The notes: a model not told the origin generated them from the letters alone. Shown: positions 37,178 through 47,008, counted from the stretch's first letter. The stretch: DNA of 64,000 nucleotides from an uncultured bacterium (GCA_963710755.1 CAVQBK010000003.1:1280001-1344000), one strand, 5' to 3'. Numbers and translations: made by a program.

Positions 37178-38164
37178 GTGGCAGAGCTGATAACCGCGAT
37201 AGTGGAGATGAAAAAGAGCATGGCCGTTGATAGCAACCGGAACGGACATAAGCACAGCTTTTCGGCCTTGGCCTTATTGGCTTTATTGATAATGGCCACT
37301 ATGGGGTGCGCCCAGCGTCAATTTAAGGCAGGCAACAAAGCCATGCAGGATTTTGATTACAATGAAGCCATCAAGCAATATGACCGGGCGCTTCAGGCTG
37401 ATCCTAAGATGTACGAAGCCTATTACAATATGGGGAATGCTTTGATGCGTCTCGGTCATTACCAGCAGGCAGTGACTGCCTATCAAAAAGCTGTGGATAT
37501 GAATCCGGATGATGAAGATATACGGCACAATTTGATGATCGCAAAAAAGCAGCAGAAGGATGATGATTCTTCCGGCCAAGGCAGTAGTGGCGGTGGCGGT
37601 GGTGGTGGAGGTGCCGGCGGCGGGGGCAGTAATTCCTCTCAGCAGCAACAGCAACAGCAACAGCAACAACAGCAACAACAACAACAACAGCAACAGCAAC
37701 AGCAACAACAGCAACAGCAACAGCAACAACAACAACAACAACAACAGCAACAGCAACAGCAACAGCAACAACAGCAACAACAACAGCAACAACAACAACA
37801 ACAGCAACAACAGCAACAACAGCAACAACAGCAACAACAGCAACAACAACAACAACAGCAACAACAACAACAACAACAACAACAGCAACAACAGCAACAA
37901 CAACAGCAACAGCAGCAACAGCAACAACAGCAACAACAGCAACAACAACAGCAACAACAGCAACAACAACAGCAACAACAGCAGCAGCAGCAACAACAGC
38001 AGCAGCAGCAGGCTCCACCGTCTTTACCCAAGGCCATGCAGGCAAAATTGGATCAAGCTGATAAAAACGACCGCAACCAACAACGGCAAAAACAACAAAA
38101 CAATAAAAACCAAAAGAAGAGCGAGTTTGAATCTTCTTGGGGACAGGAAGAAAAAAATTGGTAA
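37178..38164 (+). CDS. TPR (lipo)protein, BatC-like (copy 2), with poly-Gly and 124-Gln tract
   Basis: Hydrophobic stretch plus TMGC; AYYNMGNALMRLGHYQQAVTAYQKA..NPDDEDIRHN; C-terminal KNW; start uncertain (37178/37208/37220). Confidence 0.8.
   Translation: MAELITAIVEMKKSMAVDSNRNGHKHSFSALALLALLIMATMGCAQRQFKAGNKAMQDFDYNEAIKQYDRALQADPKMYEAYYNMGNALMRLGHYQQAVTAYQKAVDMNPDDEDIRHNLMIAKKQQKDDDSSGQGSSGGGGGGGGAGGGGSNSSQQQQQQQQQQQQQQQQQQQQQQQQQQQQQQQQQQQQQQQQQQQQQQQQQQQQQQQQQQQQQQQQQQQQQQQQQQQQQQQQQQQQQQQQQQQQQQQQQQQQQQQQQQQQQQQQQQQQQQQQQQQQAPPSLPKAMQAKLDQADKNDRNQQRQKQQNNKNQKKSEFESSWGQEEKNW
37640..38011 (+). repeat. (CAA/CAG)124 trinucleotide tract encoding polyglutamine
   Basis: 372 bp of uninterrupted mixed CAA/CAG codons in frame. 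Confidence 0.95.
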
Positions 38165-38676
38165 CCAGCGGCATAAGAGTGTTGGGAATTGATCCGGGCT
38201 ACGGACGTTGTGGTTGGGGTGTGATTGAGTTCCTTGGCCATAGGCAAGTGGCCCTGGCCCATGGGGTCATCGAAACCTTGAGTACGCAAGCCTTCTCCGA
38301 GAGGCTGCTTCTACTCCATCAGGAATTGAAGCAGATCATCGAGGAGTTTGATCCACAGGAAGTGGCGGTGGAGGAATTGTATTTTTCTAAAAATGTCAAA
38401 ACCGCCATAGCGGTTGGTCAGGCCCGGGGCGTAATTTTATTGACCTGTGCCCAATTACAGGTAAAATTAAGTGAATATAAGCCTGTTGAAATCAAGCAAG
38501 CTGTCACGGGCTTTGGTCACGCCGACAAAAAGCAAGTTCAGCAGATGATTAAGATAATATTGAATTTAAATACCCAACCCCGTTTGGACGATGCCGCTGA
38601 TGCCTTGGCTGTGGCCATTTGTCATGCCCACGGCCGTCAAGCAAGAACGGTAATGAGCCAAATTAAAGTCAAATAA
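38158..38676 (+). CDS. ruvC: Holliday junction resolvase RuvC
   Basis: VLGIDPG, VAVEELYF.KN, GQARGV, IKQAVTG.G.ADKKQV, DDAADALAVAICH. Confidence 0.97.
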   Translation: MVTSGIRVLGIDPGYGRCGWGVIEFLGHRQVALAHGVIETLSTQAFSERLLLLHQELKQIIEEFDPQEVAVEELYFSKNVKTAIAVGQARGVILLTCAQLQVKLSEYKPVEIKQAVTGFGHADKKQVQQMIKIILNLNTQPRLDDAADALAVAICHAHGRQARTVMSQIKVK

Positions 38677-38760
38677 CCTGCAAAAAGGTGCTTCGCGGGG
38701 TTGTTTACCAGGGCCGTAGGTCAACAACCGCACGGACGTCCTGCTTCCAAGGTGGCTTCG

Positions 38761-39363
38761 ATGATTGCATTTGTAAAAGGTGTTCTAGCCCAAAGGCAAG
38801 ACCAGACCAGTATTGTTGATGTCAATGGGGTAGGCTATGAAGTGCACATGCCTGCTTCAGATTTAAACCGTCTGCCGCCTCTGGGTGAGGCAGTCACTCT
38901 CTTTACCTGGCACATGAAAAGGGAAGACAGTGAAATGCTCTATGGTTTTCTCGATGAGGAAGACCGGTTTTTGTTTAAGATCTTGATTGGTGTTTCCGGG
39001 GTTGGTCCCAAAGCCGCCTTGGCAGTGCTTTCGGGGTTGAGCAAGGCCCAGCTGGAACGGGCTGTGGCGGAGCAGGATGTGCTGATGCTTTCCAAACTGC
39101 CCGGGATCGGCAAGAAAACCGCGGAACGCCTTTTGTTGGAACTTAAAGACAAGTTTAAAATGGACAAAGGTGGGCCGGTGGGACTTAAACAAGAAGTACG
39201 GGAAGATTTTGGCGAGGCCATGGAAGCCTTGGCGGCCTTGGGCTATGCGCTGTCACAAGCGCGGGTGGCCATGCAAAAAGTGGTGGATCAAGAGTTGCCC
39301 TCTATTCGGCCTGGCCAGGACCGGGTGGCGGAAATGGTGCGGTTGGCGCTAAAACATCTCTAG
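38761..39363 (+). CDS. ruvA: Holliday junction branch migration protein RuvA
   Basis: DVNGVGYEV, REDSEMLYGF, VSGVGPKAAL, PGIGKKTAERL. Confidence 0.97.
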   Translation: MIAFVKGVLAQRQDQTSIVDVNGVGYEVHMPASDLNRLPPLGEAVTLFTWHMKREDSEMLYGFLDEEDRFLFKILIGVSGVGPKAALAVLSGLSKAQLERAVAEQDVLMLSKLPGIGKKTAERLLLELKDKFKMDKGGPVGLKQEVREDFGEAMEALAALGYALSQARVAMQKVVDQELPSIRPGQDRVAEMVRLALKHL

Positions 39364-39494
39364 CCGAGGGCAACCTAGGTTGCCTTCGCTTATTATTTTT
39401 GGGGGAAGAAAAATTATTCGTCCCTACGATTTGGGTCAACCACATAAAAAGCAAATCATAGCATCACAGTGTTTTTCGCAGAGGATAAGTGCTT

Positions 39495-40529
39495 ATGCCC
39501 GATTCAACCGAACGTTTTGTTAATCAACTGCCAGTAGCCGATGATCATGGCCATGAATTTTCCTTGCGTCCTACACGCCTGGACGATTTCGTTGGACAGA
39601 AGAAGATCATCGCTGCCCTGAAGATTTTCATCCAAGCCGCCCAAAAACGGCAAGAACCTCTTGACCATGTACTTTTTCTTGGACCGCCCGGTTTGGGCAA
39701 AACCACATTGTCCATGATCATGGCGCAGGAAATGGCGGTGCATATTAAAGTGACCTCTGGTCCTGCCATTGAACGTCCCGGAGACTTGGCCGCTATCCTG
39801 ACCAATTTGCAGCCGCAAGACATTTTATTTATTGATGAAATCCACCGTCTCAACCGCTCGGTGGAGGAGATACTTTATCCGGCATTGGAAGATTTTGCCT
39901 TGGACATCGTAATCGGCAAAGGACCGGGGGCCCGTTCCATTCGTCTCGACCTGCCCAAATTCACGTTGATTGGCGCGACCACCAGGGCCGGGCTTATCAC
40001 AGGCCCCTTGCGTGACCGGTTTGGGGTGGCCCACCGGTTGGATTTCTACCAGCCCGAGGAATTGCAAGCTATTGTGCAACGATCCGCCCATCTGTTGGAG
40101 TTACCCATTACAGACGATGGAGCTTTGGAAATTGCTCGCCGGTCCCGGGGTACGCCCCGGATCGCCAACCGCATGCTTAAACGGGTCCGCGATTATGCCC
40201 AAGTTCATGACGCCGGGCAAGTCACCAAGTCGGTGGCCGGCCAAGCGCTTGCCTTGATGGAAATCGATGAAGCTGGATTGGACCAAATGGATCGCAGGCT
40301 CCTGGAGCTGATTATCCGTCACTTTCAGGGAGGGCCGGTTGGCGTGGAGACCATGGCCGTAGCGCTGGGCGAGGAAAGCGACACTATTCAGGATGTATAC
40401 GAACCTTACTTGATCCAGATGGGCTTTTTGCAGCGTACACCCAATGGCCGAAAAACCACAACCAAGGCCTATCAGCATTTGAAGATCGATGTGGAAGACA
40501 AGGCCGGAAAGCAGGGGCGATTATTATGA
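39495..40529 (+). CDS. ruvB: Holliday junction branch migration ATPase RuvB
   Basis: [49 protein letters not shown]. Confidence 0.98.
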   Translation: MPDSTERFVNQLPVADDHGHEFSLRPTRLDDFVGQKKIIAALKIFIQAAQKRQEPLDHVLFLGPPGLGKTTLSMIMAQEMAVHIKVTSGPAIERPGDLAAILTNLQPQDILFIDEIHRLNRSVEEILYPALEDFALDIVIGKGPGARSIRLDLPKFTLIGATTRAGLITGPLRDRFGVAHRLDFYQPEELQAIVQRSAHLLELPITDDGALEIARRSRGTPRIANRMLKRVRDYAQVHDAGQVTKSVAGQALALMEIDEAGLDQMDRRLLELIIRHFQGGPVGVETMAVALGEESDTIQDVYEPYLIQMGFLQRTPNGRKTTTKAYQHLKIDVEDKAGKQGRLL

Positions 40530-40987
40530 AAATGAGAAGAAGGCCTGATCGTCCCCGTATACGGGTGGCCGGCATTATCACTCGCGGGGACAAAATTCTG
40601 GTGGTCAATCATGTACGCGACGGCAAGTCCTATTGCCTGCTACCCGGTGGAGGCGTGGAATGGGGCGAAACCTGTGAAGAAGCCCTGAAACGGGAATTTA
40701 TGGAAGAACTCACGCTGGCGATCAATGTGGGGCAGCTCGTCTGTGTTAATGAATCCATTAGTCCCGACAAGCAGCGGCATATTTTAAATCTGAACTTCAA
40801 AGTAACCCTCAAACCGGGGCAAACCATCAAAGTTAATCACGATGAACGGCTCCGGGATGCTTGCTGGATGGATAAGAAGACCTTTCAAAAAGTGCTCTTT
40901 TATCCTGAAATCCGGCCGGTTATTCTGAAGGCCTGGGAAAAGCAGTTTAAAACCTGTGTGGTGATGGTAGCCACACCATGGACCTAG
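40526..40987 (+). CDS. NUDIX hydrolase
   Basis: [23 protein letters not shown] Nudix box. Confidence 0.9.
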   Translation: MKMRRRPDRPRIRVAGIITRGDKILVVNHVRDGKSYCLLPGGGVEWGETCEEALKREFMEELTLAINVGQLVCVNESISPDKQRHILNLNFKVTLKPGQTIKVNHDERLRDACWMDKKTFQKVLFYPEIRPVILKAWEKQFKTCVVMVATPWT

Positions 40988-41086
40988 GAGGCTGAGCAAT
41001 CGGGATCAACAATTGATAATCGAAAGTTAAGAACGGCACTTTCTTATTTTAGACTACGTGCTCAGTCTCTAAAAGGAGAACTTAAG

Positions 41087-41635
41087 ATGACGCTGGCCAA
41101 CTGGTTGACCGTAATGCGCATTATTTTAATTCCCTTTTTCATTGCCACCTTGATGTATGATCACCTCCTGATCGCCCTTATCCTGTTTGTGTCAGCCGCG
41201 ATTACTGATGTGCTGGACGGCTATATTGCCAGGCGTACCACCTGCACCACCATCGGCCGCGTCCTTGATCCCACGGCTGATAAGCTGCTACTGGTCTCCA
41301 CCTATATCATCCTGCCCATCATCGGCATCATTCCCAGCTGGGTGACGGTGATCGTGGTCTCCCGCGACGTTATCATTGCCCTGGGATATTTGATTATTTA
41401 TCTGACCTGGGGATCAGCTGCCGTGGATGTGAGCCGTCTGGGAAAACTAAGTACCTTTATTCAATCCTTTGGAGCCGGTTTTTTTCTACTCGCCACCCTG
41501 CTGCCCGTGCTCGCACCCTGGAAACTACTGATGATGGTTCTGGTGGCCGGGTTTACGACGGCCTCGGGGGTGACCTATATCATTCAGGGAATCCACCGGG
41601 CCTCTCTGCTCAGTCTGGAAAAAGGCAAGCAGTGA
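41087..41635 (+). CDS. CDP-alcohol phosphatidyltransferase (PgsA-like)
   Basis: N.LT..RI, TDVLDGYIAR...GRVLDPTADK. Confidence 0.92.
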   Translation: MTLANWLTVMRIILIPFFIATLMYDHLLIALILFVSAAITDVLDGYIARRTTCTTIGRVLDPTADKLLLVSTYIILPIIGIIPSWVTVIVVSRDVIIALGYLIIYLTWGSAAVDVSRLGKLSTFIQSFGAGFFLLATLLPVLAPWKLLMMVLVAGFTTASGVTYIIQGIHRASLLSLEKGKQ

Positions 41636-41670
41636 AAGACCGTGGCGGACATTACTCGCAACAAAAAGTG

Positions 41671-41699
41671 TTGCTCGTAACCTTGGCCTGTGCTAGACT
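41671..41699 (+). promoter_or_regulatory. Putative promoter of the toxin-antitoxin pair
   Basis: TTGCTC-17 bp-TAGACT with extended -10 TG. Confidence 0.45.
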
Positions 41700-41728
41700 G
41701 TAACCATGGGGCAGAAAGGACAACCATC

Positions 41729-42088
41729 ATGGTAATGTCAACACTGGAAGAAGGCTTAAACAAACTTAAGGTCAACCAGCTCGATCTGCTGGTGGCTTTT
41801 TTCGGCAACCGCAGCGAGGTGGCACGAATATTGGGTGTCAGCCGTTCGCGCATCACCAAGTGGTATAAAGGTGAAAGTCCGGACCTAATTAATAATGACA
41901 AACTTTCGGGACTCAATTACCTGCTCAACCTGCTGCTGAGCTATTACAATGCCCAGACAGCTCTGGATTGGTTTTTTGGAAATAATGTTTTTGTCAATTA
42001 TTCCCGGCCCGTGGACCTCATCAAGGAAAACCGGCTCAGCGACATCATTGCCGCCGCCCGTCAGGATATTGCCGGATCCTTTGCCTGA
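41729..42088 (+). CDS. HTH antitoxin, Xre/MbcA/ParS-like
   Basis: SEVARILGVSRSRITKW HTH; C-terminal ALDWF.G.N.....RPVDLI; TGATG coupling to the RES gene. Confidence 0.75.
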   Translation: MVMSTLEEGLNKLKVNQLDLLVAFFGNRSEVARILGVSRSRITKWYKGESPDLINNDKLSGLNYLLNLLLSYYNAQTALDWFFGNNVFVNYSRPVDLIKENRLSDIIAAARQDIAGSFA

Positions 42089-42636
42089 TGGACTTTTACC
42101 GCGTCTATTTTAAAAAGGCTCAACCCCAGGGGCTGTTCAGCGACGGCGGGCCCTTTTACGTGCCCCGCGAATTTCAGGGTCAGGGCAGGCATGACATCAC
42201 TGACGACGGCATCCTTTACGCTTCCGTGGATGCCGTGTCTTCCATTGCCGAAAATTTAAAGCGTTTCATCAACTTAAAACTCAAACCCGATCATTTCGTC
42301 CTGAAAGGGGATTACAAGCTGGCCTTGGCCCGGTTTACCCTGGAGGGGGCCAACATTCTAGATCTGCGTGAAGCCAAGGAAATGGTACGCACCAAGACCG
42401 GACCAGTATCCATTGCCACCCATGATCGGGAAATTACCCAGGCCCTGTCCCGGGCCATGTATCAGCAGGGCGTAGACGGATTCTTGTGGTGGTCCACCTT
42501 GGAAGCCAAATGGACCAATGCCACACTTTTTGAGAACCGGATTAGAAAAAAAGTAAAACTGCAACAATCGGAACTCCTGACCCCGGCTCTGCCGGAAGTC
42601 CGGGCCGCAGCCAAAGCCCTTCATATCCAACTGTAA
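42088..42636 (+). CDS. RES domain toxin
   Basis: FYRV...GRHD...LYAS...IAE...TQALSR...GVDGFLWWS...NATLF (R-E-S residues). Confidence 0.8.
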   Translation: MDFYRVYFKKAQPQGLFSDGGPFYVPREFQGQGRHDITDDGILYASVDAVSSIAENLKRFINLKLKPDHFVLKGDYKLALARFTLEGANILDLREAKEMVRTKTGPVSIATHDREITQALSRAMYQQGVDGFLWWSTLEAKWTNATLFENRIRKKVKLQQSELLTPALPEVRAAAKALHIQL

Positions 42637-42682
42637 ATAACAAAGCTTGATAAAATCGCAAGTACATGAAAGGATCATGATC

Positions 42683-43795
42683 ATGAACGTTAACGGCAAG
42701 CATTATCAAAGCGCCTGGTTTGATAGCGACCAAATGGAGCGCCTTACCTACATCGATCAAACCCGCTTGCCCCATGATTTTTGCCTGCGTACCATTACCA
42801 CCAGCGATGAGGCGGCCGTGGCGATCAAAGACATGCATATTCGCGGCGCGATTTTGATCGGCGTATTTGCCGCCTATGCCATGGTACTGGCTGCCCGGGA
42901 GAGCCTTGGTGCCAAAGACATGCACCAAGCCTTGGCCCAGGCAGGCCAAAGGCTTAAAGCCACCCGGCCTACCGCCGTCAATCTGGCCTGGGCCGTGGAC
43001 CAGATGCTCGCGGCCATGAGCCGCGGGGCCAACCAGGAAGATGTGTTTCGATTAGGCAAAGAGACAGCACAAACCATTGCCCAATCGGAAAATCAGGCTT
43101 GCTATCAGATCGGCCGGTATGGCCTTGACCTTATCCGGGCCTTGGCTGGGAAGAAGTCAGGACCAGTCAATATTTTGACTCATTGCAATGCCGGCTGGCT
43201 GGCATGCCTTGATTATGGCACGGCCACGGCGCCGCTTTATGCGGCCCATGATGAAGGTCTCAATATTCATGTGTGGGTGGATGAGACCAGGCCCTGGAAC
43301 CAGGGCGCCCGCCTGACGGCTTGGGAGCTGGGTCAGCATGGTGTGCCCCATACGGTCATTGCCGACAATACGGGCGGTCATTTGATGCAACACGGCTTGG
43401 TGGATATGGTTATCGTGGGCAGTGATCGCACCACCCGTCGCGGCGATGTGGCCAATAAGATCGGTACTTACCTGAAAGCCTTGGCAGCCGATGACAACCG
43501 AGTGCCTTTTTACGCCGCCTTGCCTTGTTCCACCATTGACTGGACCATTGCCGACGGGCTTAAGGAAATACCGATCGAAGAGCGAGGCCAGGAAGAAGTG
43601 AAATACGCCCAGGGCCTGATCGACGGCCGGGTAGATAAGGTGCTGATCACCCCGCCCGGCAGCCCGGCTGTCAATTATGGATTTGATGTGACCCCGGCCC
43701 GGCTGGTCACGGGTATTATCACCGAAAAAGGCATTTACCAGGCCAATGAGCAAGACTTGGGTAAATTGAAAAAAGAAATGGATCATCATGGCTGA
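42683..43795 (+). CDS. mtnA: Methylthioribose-1-phosphate isomerase
   Basis: IDQTRLP, IRGA, TRPTAVNL, LTHCNAG.LA, DETRP.NQGARLTAWEL, ANKIGTY, FDVTP. Confidence 0.96.
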   Translation: MNVNGKHYQSAWFDSDQMERLTYIDQTRLPHDFCLRTITTSDEAAVAIKDMHIRGAILIGVFAAYAMVLAARESLGAKDMHQALAQAGQRLKATRPTAVNLAWAVDQMLAAMSRGANQEDVFRLGKETAQTIAQSENQACYQIGRYGLDLIRALAGKKSGPVNILTHCNAGWLACLDYGTATAPLYAAHDEGLNIHVWVDETRPWNQGARLTAWELGQHGVPHTVIADNTGGHLMQHGLVDMVIVGSDRTTRRGDVANKIGTYLKALAADDNRVPFYAALPCSTIDWTIADGLKEIPIEERGQEEVKYAQGLIDGRVDKVLITPPGSPAVNYGFDVTPARLVTGIITEKGIYQANEQDLGKLKKEMDHHG

Positions 43796-44390
43796 TTCTG
43801 AAGGCATCATCAAATATCATTGTCACTGGCAAAAGGGGGAACCGCTGCCCGTGGAGGCCTGCGCCGGACTTTTGGCAGGTCGTCAGCAGCTGGCAGTGCA
43901 GCGCTATATCGGGGTGGATGATCAAGGGATCGGCTATGGTAACATCAGCCAACGGTGGCAGTCGTCATCACAGTTTTTGATTACCGGTTCCCAGACCGGC
44001 AGCCTTCCTCAATTAACGCCCGCCCATTTGAGCCTGGTCACTGATGTTGATATTGGCCACAATGAGCTGCATTGCCAAGGACCGGTCAAAGCCTCTTCCG
44101 AAGCCATGAGCCATGGCATTATTTATCAGATGAGACCAGCCTGTGACTGTGTCATTCATATTCATGACCGCAGACTTTGGGAGCGATATATGAGTAAATG
44201 GCCCACCACGCCACCTGAAGCCTCCTACGGATCGGTGGCCCTGGCCCAGGCCTTGAAAGCGCTGCTGCAAGTACCCTCCGAGCCTTTTCAGATGATCGTT
44301 ATGGGTGGCCATGAACCGGGTTTGTTGATTTATGGCCAGGCGATAGATAAAACCATTGATTATTTATTGTCTATGGATAAAAACGGTTAA
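43788..44390 (+). CDS. Class II aldolase/adducin-family protein
   Basis: GNISQR, FLITGS, ASSEAMSH..IY, VIHIH, GH..G. Confidence 0.85.
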   Translation: MADSEGIIKYHCHWQKGEPLPVEACAGLLAGRQQLAVQRYIGVDDQGIGYGNISQRWQSSSQFLITGSQTGSLPQLTPAHLSLVTDVDIGHNELHCQGPVKASSEAMSHGIIYQMRPACDCVIHIHDRRLWERYMSKWPTTPPEASYGSVALAQALKALLQVPSEPFQMIVMGGHEPGLLIYGQAIDKTIDYLLSMDKNG

Positions 44391-44528
44391 AATTTCCTTT
44401 GGAAATATCTGAAAATATAAAAATACGCTAAAAATGATCATATTTTTACCAGTGGTTGTGGTTATTGCCTGGATGAACGGTTAAGCCTAAAAGAAAACCC
44501 CACCTTTCAACAATCGCCACATACCCCA

Positions 44529-44557
44529 TTGACAGGCCTCTGCAACTCTGCTACACT
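44529..44557 (+). promoter_or_regulatory. Sigma70 promoter
   Basis: TTGACA-17 bp-TACACT with extended -10 TG. Confidence 0.7.
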
Positions 44558-44611
44558 TTCTCAAATTTTGAAAAATCCAATATTTGCAAGCTTTTTTAGG
44601 AGTGCGCTGCG

Positions 44612-45265
44612 GTGAATGAGTCCACTATTTTAAATATTTTAATTTTTTTACCGGGATTGCTGCTCGGTATTGTGGTGCACGAAGTGGCCCATGGCTGGGT
44701 AGCGGATAAGCTGGGCGATCCCACGGCCAGAATGCTGGGCCGCCTTTCCTTGAATCCGGTGAAGCATATTGATCCCTGGGGCACCATTTTTCTTCCGCTT
44801 TTTCTCCTCGTCATGTCCCAAGGCAGCATGGTCTTTGGCTATGCCAAGCCCGTGCCCATTACCTCCAGCAATTTGCGCCATCCCAAGAGAGATCCGCTGC
44901 TGGTCTCCCTAGCCGGGCCGGCGGCTAATGTGCTCATTGCCATGCTGGTGACCCTGATTGCCTGGGTGGGCCATGCTTTTGGGTACACCAACAACCGTGG
45001 TTTTAGTTATGTGCTGCAAGCTGCCATCAATATCAATGTCTTTCTGGCGGCGTTGAACTTGATCCCCATCCCGCCTTTGGACGGTTCCCATATTCTGGAG
45101 GCCATGTTACCCGGTCCCTGGGCCTATCGCTTTCAAAGGATTGCCCCCTTTTCCTTTCTGATTTTAATAGGCTTGTTTGTTACCGGGCTGCTGGGATACA
45201 TTATTATTCCTTTTACCGTATTGATTCGCCTAATCTTGCTGCCTTTTGGCAATCCATTCCTCTAA
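44612..45265 (+). CDS. Site-2 protease (M50) family protein
   Basis: HEVAHG, GDPTA..GRLSLNP..HID, AGP.AN, NLIPIPPLDG. Confidence 0.93.
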   Translation: MNESTILNILIFLPGLLLGIVVHEVAHGWVADKLGDPTARMLGRLSLNPVKHIDPWGTIFLPLFLLVMSQGSMVFGYAKPVPITSSNLRHPKRDPLLVSLAGPAANVLIAMLVTLIAWVGHAFGYTNNRGFSYVLQAAININVFLAALNLIPIPPLDGSHILEAMLPGPWAYRFQRIAPFSFLILIGLFVTGLLGYIIIPFTVLIRLILLPFGNPFL

Positions 45266-45316
45266 AGGCGTCAGTTTAACCATCACGGTGTTGGTTAAAA
45301 AGCACAAGGAGTCGCC

Positions 45317-46108
45317 ATGAGTTACCGTTTAAATCTTGAGGTATTTGAAGGCCCTTTTGACCTATTGCTCTACCTCATTAAAAAAGACGAGATCGATATT
45401 TATGATATTCCCATCTCCAAAATCCTAGATGAATTCCTCGCCTATGTAGAGATGATCAAGGAACTGGATCTGGAGATCGCCGGTGATTTTATTCTCATGG
45501 CCTCCACCCTGATGCATATCAAGTCCCGCATGCTGCTGCCCAAAGAATCCCTCGTCCTGGAGGATGGTGAAGAAGTTGATCCCCGGGCGGATCTGGTCCG
45601 GCGCCTATTGGAATATAAACGCTACAAGGAAGTGGCCCATGCCTTGGACAGCCGGGAGCAGAATCAGCGCCAGGTGTTTTGGCGCTTTGGGGGCAAACCG
45701 AGTGATGAGGACCTGGAGCCTACAGAGGATGAACTGGCTTCTCCACAATTTCAGGAAGTCAATTTGTTTGACCTCTTATCAGCTTTCAAAAGGGTGCTGG
45801 CCTATGCCAAACCCGAGTCTTTCCGGGAAATCAACCGGGAAGAGGTCAAGACCAGTCAAAAGATCAATGAGATCCTGGATATGCTGGATGGGGAAAGCAC
45901 CATTGATTTTATGGAACTGTTTTTAAAACAGGAAACCAAGATTGCCATGGTGGCCACCTTTTTGGCCATTTTGGAATTGGCCCGCTTAAAAGCCATTGCT
46001 ATTATGCAGGAAACGGCCTTTGAAAAAATTATTATACGGAGATTGGATGAATTCACCACAGCAGCAAGAGAGGCAACCGTCGGGGCGGAGGAATCAAATG
46101 GATCCTAA
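45317..46108 (+). CDS. scpA: Segregation and condensation protein A
   Basis: FEGPFDLLLYLI...DIYDIPI, IKSRMLLP, DPR..LV.RLLEYKRYK, FLAILEL. Confidence 0.95.
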   Translation: MSYRLNLEVFEGPFDLLLYLIKKDEIDIYDIPISKILDEFLAYVEMIKELDLEIAGDFILMASTLMHIKSRMLLPKESLVLEDGEEVDPRADLVRRLLEYKRYKEVAHALDSREQNQRQVFWRFGGKPSDEDLEPTEDELASPQFQEVNLFDLLSAFKRVLAYAKPESFREINREEVKTSQKINEILDMLDGESTIDFMELFLKQETKIAMVATFLAILELARLKAIAIMQETAFEKIIIRRLDEFTTAAREATVGAEESNGS

Positions 46109-47006
46109 AGAAATCAAACAAATCATTGAATGCATACTCTTTGTAGCGGACAAACCCGTGTCCATCGGCACTATGCAAGGCTTGTTGGAAGAAGTGGAAC
46201 GGCGCACGCTCCTGGAGATCCTCGATGAATTAAAGTCGGAGTATGACTTGCAAGGCCGTGCTTTTCAACTGGTGGAAATTGCCGAAGGCTATCAATTGGT
46301 AACGCGCATCCAATTCGCCCCTTGGATCAGGAAAATGTACAAAACCAGGACAACCAACAAATTGTCCAAAGCCGCTTTGGAGACTCTGGCCATTATTGCC
46401 TATCGCCAGCCCATCACCAAGGCTGAGATCGAAGATATCCGCGGTGTCTCGGCTGACGGTGTGATCAATGCCATGATGGAGCGTAAATTCATTCGTGTGG
46501 TGGGACGCAAGGAGGTGGTGGGCCGGCCGCTGTTGTTTGGCACCACCAAGGAATTTCTACACTATTTCGGGCTGAAAGATCTAACGGATATGCCCGAACT
46601 CAAGGACTTGCAGGACATCCTTAAACAGGAAGATCTGGGTAAGGATTGGGAACTCAACCAACACGGGGAATTGGTGGCCAAAACCCATGGTGGTGATGAT
46701 GACGACAGTGACCAGGAAGCCGCCTTGGTTCAAGAGGATGCAGAGGAAGATACCAGTTCTGAAGAGAATAGCCAGATGGAAACGCAACCTGAGGTTACCG
46801 GTGATCATCCCGATCAACAAGAACAAGGCCGCGAAGAAAAAGATATGACCAGCAACGATGACAAAAGCGAAGCAGAAGCTGATGATGACCGGGCAGACGA
46901 GAATGTCGGTGGCGATGATGTAGTTGCCCAGGACAGCGTTGACCCTGGGGATGAAGAGCCCTTTGTCTCCAAAAGTCAGGATTCTGACGAAGAATCGAAG
47001 TCCTAG
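46098..47006 (+). CDS. scpB: Segregation and condensation protein B with long acidic tail
   Basis: IECILFVA, LSKAALETLAIIAYRQPITKAEIEDIRGV, GRP..FGTTKEFL.YFGL. Confidence 0.95.
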   Translation: MDPKEIKQIIECILFVADKPVSIGTMQGLLEEVERRTLLEILDELKSEYDLQGRAFQLVEIAEGYQLVTRIQFAPWIRKMYKTRTTNKLSKAALETLAIIAYRQPITKAEIEDIRGVSADGVINAMMERKFIRVVGRKEVVGRPLLFGTTKEFLHYFGLKDLTDMPELKDLQDILKQEDLGKDWELNQHGELVAKTHGGDDDDSDQEAALVQEDAEEDTSSEENSQMETQPEVTGDHPDQQEQGREEKDMTSNDDKSEAEADDDRADENVGGDDVVAQDSVDPGDEEPFVSKSQDSDEESKS

Positions 47007-47008
47007 TC

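Noticed and set aside
37283-38192. Poly-Leu, poly-Cys, poly-Val/Ala and poly-Asn/Ser ORFs in other frames
   Set aside because: By-products of the stop-free CAR repeat; only the Gln frame joins a TPR domain to a BatC-like C-terminus
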